The notes under the pieces were generated by a model that worked only from the letters and a program-made list of their open reading frames with translations, was not told the origin of the DNA and searched no databases. A stretch of DNA of 20,000 nucleotides, from the IMG/VR virus record IMGVR_UViG_3300037840_000505; one strand, 5' to 3'. A program made the translations under genes and the position numbers. This DNA comes from an uncultured virus (IMG/VR IMGVR_UViG_3300037840_000505) (lineage: Duplodnaviria > Heunggongvirae > Uroviricota > Caudoviricetes). Positions 1 through 6,082 of this stretch are shown here, in pieces (position 1 is the first letter of the stretch; every line of letters starts with the position of its first letter).

Positions 1-867
1 TGCCTCATCGCTGGATCGGCCGCCTTCGATCGGCAGCACAAAGGAACGCTGCGCCGGTGGCGGCTGGTGCTTGCGTTTGGCGCTCAGCACCTCGAGATGC
101 TTTTTGACCCATTTCGGCATGGGATGCGCCTTGCGGTCACGAGCGAACGCCACGATGGCGCTATAGGGCAGCGCCTCTTCGATCGCGCTCATCTGAGGAT
201 AGCCGATCTCGATCCCGAAGAGCAGCGTCGCCTGGGCCCAGTTCACCGTCCATTGCTGGGCTGGCGTCAACGCTGGCTCAAGCTCCGCGTCGCCAAGCCT
301 CTTTATATCGTTATAGTTATCTACGTTTACGGGATTTTGGGAATGTGACGCCTTCCCGTGACGCGGCGCAACACCGCGGCCGGGAACGCCATCTGTTTGA
401 TATCGCGTCGGTTTATAATCCGTGAGGCGCGCTATCCCCGTCACGTCTCGCGTCACATGTGACGCTTGCGCCGTCACCGAAGCGTCACCAGCGTCACGCC
501 CGTCACTCGCTGTGACGGTGGATAACCCGGGGGACAACTCGGCGGCTTTCCGCCGTGCGCGCAACGCTCGCATGCGCCGCGTGCCCGGCCGCAGCATGGC
601 TTCGGCCGGCGCTTCCGGCGCATCGTCGACCAGGCGCCCGTCTTCGATCATGCCCAGATGCTCGAGCGCGCCCAGCGCACGGGCCGCCGCGCCTTCCCCG
701 ATGCTGATGCGCTCCGAGAGATAGGCGGTACGTCCCGCCATCGGCAGATCGGCGAGTTCCGGGCTGTCGCGCAGCTCGGCGCGGATCGCCAGGATGACCG
801 AGCGCGGCAACCGCGCGTGCCGCGCTGCAGCGACACAGAGCAGGTGCGCTTTGAGGCAATCACACAT
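1..867 (-). CDS. Phage replication initiator (lambda O-like), running off the left edge
   Basis: Manual translation: stop-free from ATG 867 to the window edge (MCDCLKAHLL...YLSERISIGEGAAARALGALEHLGMIEDG...RRMRALRARRK...VTASDGRDAGDASVTAQASHVTRDVT...). N-terminal wHTH-like segment, basic helix, then an iteron-coded VT-rich linker. GAGGG RBS upstream. Not in the ORF track. Confidence 0.75.
   Translation of the reverse strand, partial: MCDCLKAHLLCVAAARHARLPRSVILAIRAELRDSPELADLPMAGRTAYLSERISIGEGAAARALGALEHLGMIEDGRLVDDAPEAPAEAMLRPGTRRMRALRARRKAAELSPGLSTVTASDGRDAGDASVTAQASHVTRDVTGIARLTDYKPTRYQTDGVPGRGVAPRHGKASHSQNPVNVDNYNDIKRLGDAELEPALTPAQQWTVNWAQATLLFGIEIGYPQMSAIEEALPYSAIVAFARDRKAHPMPKWVKKHLEVLSAKRKHQPPPAQRSFVLPIEGGRSSDEA
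301..537. repeat. Putative replication origin: about 10 CGTCAC/GTGACG iterons, AT-rich tract and DnaA-box-like pair
   Basis: CGTCAC or its complement near 345, 358, 439, 451, 459, 472, 483, 492, 501, 512; perfect palindrome GCGTCACATGTGACGC 450-465; AT-rich 301-345; TTATCCACC (517-525, minus) and TTGTCCCCC (529-537, minus) 3 bp apart. Confidence 0.7.
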
Positions 868-894
868 TGGCGCATTCCCTCGCGAAAATAGCTG

Positions 895-922
895 TTGACA
901 GGTGACAGAATGTCACTATGCT
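895..922 (+). promoter_or_regulatory. Sigma70-type promoter with a palindromic operator in the spacer
   Basis: TTGACA (895-900), 16 bp, TATGCT (917-922); inverted repeat GTGACA-gaa-TGTCAC at 902-916. Confidence 0.75.
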
Positions 923-933
923 TTGACCCGTTC

Positions 934-968
934 GCCGCGGGCTGCAACCCCGGCACTCACCAACGGAG
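934..968 (+). promoter_or_regulatory. CTGCAA-loop hairpin copy 1 plus CCAACGGAG RBS
   Basis: GCCG(C)GGG-CTGCAA-CCC-CGGC 934-954; CCAACGGAG 960-968; ATG 976. Confidence 0.65.
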
Positions 969-975
969 TAACGCG

Positions 976-1152
976 ATGAGCGATCTTTCCATGTCGGTCG
1001 GGCGCGATTACCGCACCTCGAGCCAGTACGAATATGTGATCTACCGCGATGAGCGCGTTGTCGCGCGGCAGGGTTTTTACCGCAACTACAGCCAAGCCAA
1101 ACGCGCCGGGCTGGCAGCCGCGGCGAAGCTCACCGTTAAGACGGAGGCTTGA
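976..1152 (+). CDS. Small hypothetical protein (58 aa), first gene of the cassette
   Basis: GGAG RBS 7 nt before ATG 976; MSDLSMSVGRDY...TEA. Confidence 0.75.
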   Translation: MSDLSMSVGRDYRTSSQYEYVIYRDERVVARQGFYRNYSQAKRAGLAAAAKLTVKTEA

Positions 1153-1155
1153 GCC

Positions 1156-1386
1156 ATGACCATACATTTGAGCGTCGATCCCGATGCCTCGCTGCTGGCT
1201 CGGCTCTACGAAGTCGATATTCAGCGCTGCGGCGAGCACTGGGGAACCTTGAGCACCATCGCGTTGAGCCCGATGCGCGCCTGCGAGATTGCCGAGCGCA
1301 AGGCATTCGAGGCCAACGCCCGCGCCGGCGATCTCTCGGACTGGTTCGCCAGTGCCGTGCGCGAAGTCACCGACGAGGAGGGTTGA
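1156..1386 (+). CDS. Small acidic hypothetical protein (76 aa)
   Basis: GGAGG RBS; follows the previous stop by 3 nt. Confidence 0.75.
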   Translation: MTIHLSVDPDASLLARLYEVDIQRCGEHWGTLSTIALSPMRACEIAERKAFEANARAGDLSDWFASAVREVTDEEG

Positions 1387-1389
1387 GCT

Positions 1390-1599
1390 ATGAACTACGC
1401 AATCGAGTGCCGGCGGGTGCACACTCGCGGCCATTGGCTGTTTCTCGGCAATCATCGGTGCGACTTGGCGACCGCGAAATGCGTTGCGCAAGACACCGCG
1501 ACCGAATTGCAGCGCGAAACGCGGGTTGTGAATTATGGGAAAACCTTTCGCATCTTTGCCGAGTTTAGCGCGCTCGGGCAGCCCTTGCGGCCAGAATAG
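1390..1599 (+). CDS. Small hypothetical protein (69 aa)
   Basis: GGAGG RBS; follows the previous stop by 3 nt. Confidence 0.7.
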   Translation: MNYAIECRRVHTRGHWLFLGNHRCDLATAKCVAQDTATELQRETRVVNYGKTFRIFAEFSALGQPLRPE

Positions 1600-1604
1600 C
1601 GCGA

Positions 1605-1647
1605 CCCTGCTGTCTCGCCCGTACCTGGTGCGGGCGAGGTGGCAGGG
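1605..1647 (+). other. 20-bp intergenic RNA hairpin
   Basis: Arms 1605-1624 and 1628-1647 pair fully with 4 G-U wobbles on the + strand. Confidence 0.6.
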
Positions 1648-1667
1648 CCGTCCGGCTCTGTACCCTG

Positions 1668-1699
1668 GCGCCGCCTGCAAGCGGTGCGACCCAACGGAG
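1668..1699 (+). promoter_or_regulatory. CTGCAA-loop hairpin copy 2 plus CCAACGGAG RBS
   Basis: GCGCCGC-CTGCAA-GCGGTGC 1668-1687; CCAACGGAG 1691-1699; ATG 1708. Confidence 0.65.
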
Positions 1700-1707
1700 G
1701 ATCTACG

Positions 1708-2577
1708 ATGTACGCCAACACCATTTACGACGCCCGCGCTCGCTTCGACGGTTCCGCTCGCGCGATGACCGAGGACGAAATGCGCCGCAAGGCACCTTCG
1801 ATCTTCGCGACCCAAGCGCACGAAAGCCGCTCCGAACGCTTTGCGCCCATCCCCACGATCGACGTCTTGCGCGGGCTGCAGGAAGAGGGATTTTACCCGC
1901 TCGCCTGCCGCCAGGCACTTACCCGCGTCCCGGGCAAGGAGGATTTCACCAAGCACATGATCCGCCTGCGCCGATTGGATCAGGACGCCGCCTATAAAGT
2001 CGGCGACACGGTTTGCGAGATCGTTCTCAAAAATGCCAATGACGGCACGTCGGCCTATGATCTGATGGCCGGATTGTTCCGCATCCGGTGCTTGAACAGC
2101 CTTGTCGCGCAAACCGGGACGATAGACACCGTCAAGGTGCGGCACTCGGGCGACGTGCAAGGCAAGGTGATCGAGGGGACCTATCACGTGCTCGAGGAGG
2201 CGCAGAAAGCTTTGGCCGCACCGCAGGACTGGAGCCAGCTCACCATGGGACGCGACGCCAAGACGGTTTTTGCGGAAGCGGCGCACGTGCTGCGCTTCGG
2301 TGACGCGGAGGGTAATGTCACGACGCCGATCGCCGCGGACCAGCTGCTCAGCCCCCGGCGCTACGATGACCGGGCGGACGATCTGTGGACGACCTTCAAT
2401 GTCGTGCAGGAGAACACCATCAGGGGCGGCTTGCATGCCTGGGGACGCGACGCCAATAACCACCGGCGCCGCACCACAACCCGCGAGGTGAAGGGCATCG
2501 ACCAGGACGTGAAGCTGAATAAAGCGCTTTTTGTCCTTGCCGATCGGATGGCGCATATCCTCAAATCGGCCGCCTAA
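1708..2577 (+). CDS. DUF932 domain protein
   Basis: Motifs APSIFA..AHESRSERF.PIPT, FTKHMIRLR, EIVLKNANDGTSAYDLMAGLFRIRCLNSLV, DLWTTFNVVQEN.IRGG, GIDQDVKLNKAL; ATG 1708 with GGAGG RBS. Confidence 0.92.
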   Translation: MYANTIYDARARFDGSARAMTEDEMRRKAPSIFATQAHESRSERFAPIPTIDVLRGLQEEGFYPLACRQALTRVPGKEDFTKHMIRLRRLDQDAAYKVGDTVCEIVLKNANDGTSAYDLMAGLFRIRCLNSLVAQTGTIDTVKVRHSGDVQGKVIEGTYHVLEEAQKALAAPQDWSQLTMGRDAKTVFAEAAHVLRFGDAEGNVTTPIAADQLLSPRRYDDRADDLWTTFNVVQENTIRGGLHAWGRDANNHRRRTTTREVKGIDQDVKLNKALFVLADRMAHILKSAA

Positions 2578-2589
2578 CCACGCAACGCA

Positions 2590-2627
2590 CGGGCGTCCTG
2601 GCTGCAACCAGGCGCCCGCCTTTTTTT
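2590..2627 (+). terminator. Intrinsic terminator-like hairpin whose loop is CTGCAA (copy 3)
   Basis: CGGGCG(T)CCTGG-CTGCAA-CCAGG-CGCCCG 2590-2618 followed by CC and T7, then CGGAG RBS. Confidence 0.7.
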
Positions 2628-2640
2628 CGGAGCACAGGCA

Positions 2641-2850
2641 ATGACGCTGTACGAAGCCTATTTGGCCGGCTGGCAAAGCTGCTGCGATGGGGTTGACGGC
2701 CGATATTGGTTTACGCGACCGCAGGACGTGGAACGCGAGCCCGCGCTGAGACGCGCGTGGCAACAAGGATGGAGCGACGCATTCGAGCGCGAAGAAGAGG
2801 ACGAAGAGCCGTTGCCCGAAAGCTTCCTGTCGTTGGAAGATCAGACGTAA
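2641..2850 (+). CDS. Rmf/CrpP-fold-like small protein with an acidic tail
   Basis: AYLAGW...RRAWQQGW pattern resembles the ribosome modulation factor fold; GGAG RBS. Confidence 0.55.
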   Translation: MTLYEAYLAGWQSCCDGVDGRYWFTRPQDVEREPALRRAWQQGWSDAFEREEEDEEPLPESFLSLEDQT

Positions 2851-2858
2851 GCGCGGTC

Positions 2859-2921
2859 GCGGGCGGCGCCCCTGCAAGGGCCCGCCCGCTGCCCGCATTA
2901 TCCCTCGCGACGCCAACGGAG
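2859..2921 (+). promoter_or_regulatory. CTGCAA-loop hairpin copy 4 plus CCAACGGAG
   Basis: GCGGGCGG(C)GCCC-CTGCAA-GGGC-CCGCCCGC 2859-2889; CCAACGGAG 2913-2921. Confidence 0.65.
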
Positions 2922-2959
2922 CCGTCGGGAGGGGATACGAGAGAAAAGGGGATATCACG

Positions 2960-3178
2960 ATGTCAGCAGCGGAATTCAAGGCATGGCGCGAGCGTCTGGG
3001 GTTGAGCCAGCGCGGCGCCGCGGCGCGGCTTGGCCTCTCCAAGCGCACGATCATCCGCTACGAGAAAGGCACGCACCGGGTCAACCGTCATGTCGCGTTG
3101 TCCTGCGCGATTGCCGAAAGCATGGTCAAGCCTCACCCGAAGGCCGCGCGCGCGGCGCTGCAGCCCGTCGAGGAATAG
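2960..3178 (+). CDS. XRE-family helix-turn-helix regulator (Aca-like position)
   Basis: EFKAWRERLGLSQRGAAARLGLSKRTIIRYEKG HTH signature; last gene of the cassette. Confidence 0.9.
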   Translation: MSAAEFKAWRERLGLSQRGAAARLGLSKRTIIRYEKGTHRVNRHVALSCAIAESMVKPHPKAARAALQPVEE

Positions 3179-3543
3179 GTGAGCGGCGCATTGCCGAGCT
3201 TCAGGGGCGAACCCGGATCCAGCCGGGCTCGAGGATCATCGGTAAACCTCGGCCCTTCCCATACCGGGTGAGGAATGCGCGGCCTCACTCCGCCCATGTT
3301 GCCGGTGCGCGCGCGACCCGCTTGCGCCTTTTTGATACGGTCGGCATTGGCCTCGGCCTTTTCCTCCCGAGTGCGCTCGCGCAGTTCGATGCCTTTGTCG
3401 CGCAGGCGCTTCAATCGGCCACCGATCGCGAATTCGTTGCGCCGCGGCATCTCTGCCGCGATCTCGAAGGCGCGCTTGCCGGCGTTCCACGCGAGGATCA
3501 GGATTTCGTCTTCAACCGAGGACCATTTAGGGGATGTGCTCAT
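3133..3543 (-). CDS. GcrA-like / Myb-like HTH protein
   Basis: WSSVEDEILILAWNAGKRAFEIAAEMPRRNEFAIGGRLKRL resembles the GcrA N-terminal HTH. Confidence 0.65.
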   Translation of the reverse strand: MSTSPKWSSVEDEILILAWNAGKRAFEIAAEMPRRNEFAIGGRLKRLRDKGIELRERTREEKAEANADRIKKAQAGRARTGNMGGVRPRIPHPVWEGPRFTDDPRARLDPGSPLKLGNAPLTYSSTGCSAARAAFG

Positions 3544-3941
3544 AGTAGCCTCTTGCCAAATTCGAGGGTTTCCAGGACGGCTTTAGCCTGCTCGCGGAGT
3601 TCGGCGCGCTCGCGATCGGTCCTTGCGTGATTGATCCGGCTTTTGAGGTGCGAGGGCATCATGGACCAGTGGCCGGAGCACCAGCTACGGCCCAAAGGCA
3701 CGTCGCGCTCGCATCCGATCGCCTGGCATTTCGGCAAAATGGGCTCGCGTCGGTGGATTGGCGTCGTATCATCAGGCGAGAGTTTGAGGACGTCGTCACC
3801 CAGCGGCGGCAGCACTTCGAGCCCGTCGGCGCACGCATCGGGAGTGCGGCAGGCCGCGGGCAAGCGGATCTGCTGGTCGTCGATCGTCTCGGCAACCGCC
3901 AGGCATATAGGGCACTGGAAGAATTCGTGGACGACGCTCAC
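3540..3941 (-). CDS. Cys-rich hypothetical protein (putative Zn-binding)
   Basis: CPIC and CQAIGC...WCSGHW motifs; 4-bp overlaps with both neighbours. Confidence 0.7.
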   Translation of the reverse strand: MSVVHEFFQCPICLAVAETIDDQQIRLPAACRTPDACADGLEVLPPLGDDVLKLSPDDTTPIHRREPILPKCQAIGCERDVPLGRSWCSGHWSMMPSHLKSRINHARTDRERAELREQAKAVLETLEFGKRLL

Positions 3942-4282
3942 GGCCCGGCGTCCTTGCGGCGATGCCGAGCGATTTCGCGCTCGATGTGCACCTGCGCCTT
4001 CAAGAGATCGAGTAGCGCGCCGTTGCCCGGCTTGCGGCCGGCGCGCACGATGTATTTGACGATGGCGCCGCAGTTGTAGTTGAGCCCGAACGCCTCGATC
4101 ACATCGCGGATGTCATGACCGTCGGCGATGTAGTAATCCGCCGTCGCTGCCCACGGCCGAGGTGCGAAATCGCCGGTAATGCTACCCGGCTTCGCAGGCG
4201 CCGCGACGTTTTCGGATTGCCAATTCGGGCAGAGCGAGTGCTCGCTGAAGCACCGGCAATCCGGGCCGATCAAGCAGCTCAT
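3938..4282 (-). CDS. DUF3310 domain protein
   Basis: YY...DIRDVIEAFGLNYNCGAIVKYIVRAGRK...DLLKA; ATG 4282 overlaps the upstream stop. Confidence 0.8.
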   Translation of the reverse strand: MSCLIGPDCRCFSEHSLCPNWQSENVAAPAKPGSITGDFAPRPWAATADYYIADGHDIRDVIEAFGLNYNCGAIVKYIVRAGRKPGNGALLDLLKAQVHIEREIARHRRKDAGP

Positions 4283-4530
4283 TCGACCGCTCCGGGCTGA
4301 GCACGGGGAGCGAGGCTCGGGCGAGCGAGCTTCCCATTGCGCTGCGCTACAGCCCTTGTCGCTAGTACCGGGTCGATCCGGTCCAGCGCTGCGACATCGG
4401 CAAAGAGCGCTACACACCCATCGCAGATATGCGGGGCCAAGGCTCCCAGCCCCTGGAAGAGGAGGGATACCTCGCTCTTCCCCTGGGCACAGAAAGAGCA
4501 ATGGAGGTTGAGGTTGGGGCGGGTGGTCAT
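4279..4530 (-). CDS. ClpX C4-type zinc finger protein
   Basis: LHCSFC...EVSLLFQG...HICDGCV signature, no ATPase domain. Confidence 0.85.
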   Translation of the reverse strand: MTTRPNLNLHCSFCAQGKSEVSLLFQGLGALAPHICDGCVALFADVAALDRIDPVLATRAVAQRNGKLARPSLAPRAQPGAVE

Positions 4531-5213
4531 GCCGGATCATCCAGCCAGAAGGTGATCGGAGGGCCTTCATGCCGCCAATCCCAGAGATACCAGGCATAGG
4601 GGAAACGGGGGCTAGCCTTGTCGTCATCCGACCATTTGGGGCGGCGCGGGAGGATCAGCTTTGCCGCGTAGGGCCAGGCGAAGAGCGGGCGGTTGATGGC
4701 TGGCGCGTCGAATTCGTGGCGCTGCAGGATCGCGACCTTCCCTCTCCAAGGCTCAGTCACGATCAGCGCCTGCCGAACGAATTCACGCGCGAGATCGAAT
4801 GGCGGATTGGTGACGACCGCCGGCATTCGTTGCGGCCGGCGCCGGTCGTGCACGAAGTCGATTATCTGTGTGTCCGGCCAGCCGTAATCATGGATATCCG
4901 AGGCGAAGACGCGATATCCGGCGCGCTCCAGTTCGGCTGCCATGCGGCCATCGCCAACCGCCGGCTCCCACACTTCAACTACCGTATCGGGCTGTGTGAC
5001 CGCAGTACCCGGCAACTGAAGTCGAAACGACACTTCCGCCAGCAGCGCCCGCGTCACCCACGGTTCGGTAAAGTACGCATCCCTGGCATTGCGCACATAC
5101 CCGGCTTCACCGTGACTCGCGCTCTTGCGTGCCGGGGCGACCGGACCGAGGAGATCGGCCTCATCCGGCCGCTCGGCGCTGCGCTTGAAGGTGGCGTTGC
5201 CGAGCGGGCTCAT
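4527..5213 (-). CDS. Phage DNA amino-methyltransferase (probably N6-adenine)
   Basis: DAYFTEPW, motif I-like WEPAVGDG, catalytic VTNPPF, YAWYLW. Confidence 0.85.
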   Translation of the reverse strand: MSPLGNATFKRSAERPDEADLLGPVAPARKSASHGEAGYVRNARDAYFTEPWVTRALLAEVSFRLQLPGTAVTQPDTVVEVWEPAVGDGRMAAELERAGYRVFASDIHDYGWPDTQIIDFVHDRRRPQRMPAVVTNPPFDLAREFVRQALIVTEPWRGKVAILQRHEFDAPAINRPLFAWPYAAKLILPRRPKWSDDDKASPRFPYAWYLWDWRHEGPPITFWLDDPA

Positions 5214-5272
5214 CGCCGCACCCAATTACTGGCGTCGCCCGGGCTGCGCTCGAACGATTTCACGACGCTCAT
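5210..5272 (-). CDS. 20-aa coupling mini-ORF
   Basis: MSVVKSFERSPGDASNWVRR*, ATGA overlaps at both ends. Confidence 0.4.
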   Translation of the reverse strand: MSVVKSFERSPGDASNWVRR

Positions 5273-5505
5273 TGCCGGTAATCCCGCATATGGCCTATCA
5301 CGCGGCCCTCGCGCCAGATCGCGCCATCCGGCTCGACATGCGCATAGCTCGGCGGCGGCTTCAGCGCGGTGCCGTCGCGGTCAACCTGGTCGAGGTAGCA
5401 CAGCGCGCCGCTTCCGTCGTCGTGCCTGACGTAGCGCACCGGGACGCCGTCGATGGTGAATTCGCCGATCACCTCGCCGAGCTTCACGCCACAGGGCTCA
5501 GCCAT
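5269..5505 (-). CDS. Hypothetical protein
   Basis: Coupled to neighbours; GGAGG upstream. Confidence 0.7.
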   Translation of the reverse strand: MAEPCGVKLGEVIGEFTIDGVPVRYVRHDDGSGALCYLDQVDRDGTALKPPPSYAHVEPDGAIWREGRVIGHMRDYRQ

Positions 5506-5719
5506 TGCCGCCCTCCAGCGCTCGCCGCTCTACCTCGCGACCGAGATCAGTAAGAACGAATCGATTGGAGCGCGGATCGTATATCGTCCAACCACGCTCG
5601 ATGCTCCGGCGCAACCGAGCGCGCCGAGCTTTCGAGATTGGCCGCCGCGCAGGAGCCCGATCAAACGCCCGCATCTGCTCGCCGATCGACAGCACGGGAA
5701 AAGGGGCCTGCTCAGCCAT
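5498..5719 (-). CDS. Hypothetical protein (possible short winged helix)
   Basis: MAEQAPF...LRRSIERGW...FVLTDLGRE; starts at ATG 5719 overlapping the upstream stop. Confidence 0.65.
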   Translation of the reverse strand: MAEQAPFPVLSIGEQMRAFDRAPARRPISKARRARLRRSIERGWTIYDPRSNRFVLTDLGREVERRALEGGNG

Positions 5720-5843
5720 TGCCGCCCGCCCGCGCCAGGGCCATGCGCTTCCTTGTTGCGGCGGCGCGTTTCGCCAGGAGCTGGCCGGCGACACGCGCCT
5801 TGCTGCCGAACTGGCGATGAACTGTAAGGCTGCCGGCGCTCAT
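5712..5843 (-). CDS. Small basic hypothetical protein (43 aa)
   Basis: Manual: MSAGSLTVHRQFGSKARVAGQLLAKRAAATRKRMALARAGGNG*, fills the gap with coupled ends. Confidence 0.55.
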   Translation of the reverse strand: MSAGSLTVHRQFGSKARVAGQLLAKRAAATRKRMALARAGGNG

Positions 5844-6082
5844 CGCCGCACCCTGCGGATCGGGATGATCTGAGCCTCGGGTTTGGGCTCAACCAGCTGC
5901 AGCCAGAACGGCAACCCCTTGTCGTTCAACCGGTCGATCAGCCGCTGGGCTTTTGATTCGGCGTCCTGTTGGGTCTCTCCGAGGACGATCAATTCCGGGC
6001 AGAGGTCATTATCCTTGAAGACCTGGCAGAGACACGCCGGGGATTGACCGAAGGAGGGGCCGAGGCGGTAGGGCTTCGTCAT
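5840..6082 (-). CDS. Hypothetical protein
   Basis: ATGA overlaps at both ends. Confidence 0.7.
   Translation of the reverse strand: MTKPYRLGPSFGQSPACLCQVFKDNDLCPELIVLGETQQDAESKAQRLIDRLNDKGLPFWLQLVEPKPEAQIIPIRRVRR

Noticed and set aside
934..2889. CTGCAA hairpins as a CRISPR array or integron attC sites
   Set aside because: Stems differ in sequence, spacing is gene-sized, and there are no GTTRRRY/RYYYAAC ends, cas genes or integrase in the window
916..3054. 712-aa minus-strand ORF
   Set aside because: Codon-aligned antisense shadow of five same-frame + strand genes in GC-rich DNA; no recognisable motif
4283..4627. N-terminal extension of ORF 3938..4627
   Set aside because: Overlaps the ClpX Zn-finger and methyltransferase genes; the coupled ATG at 4282 fits better
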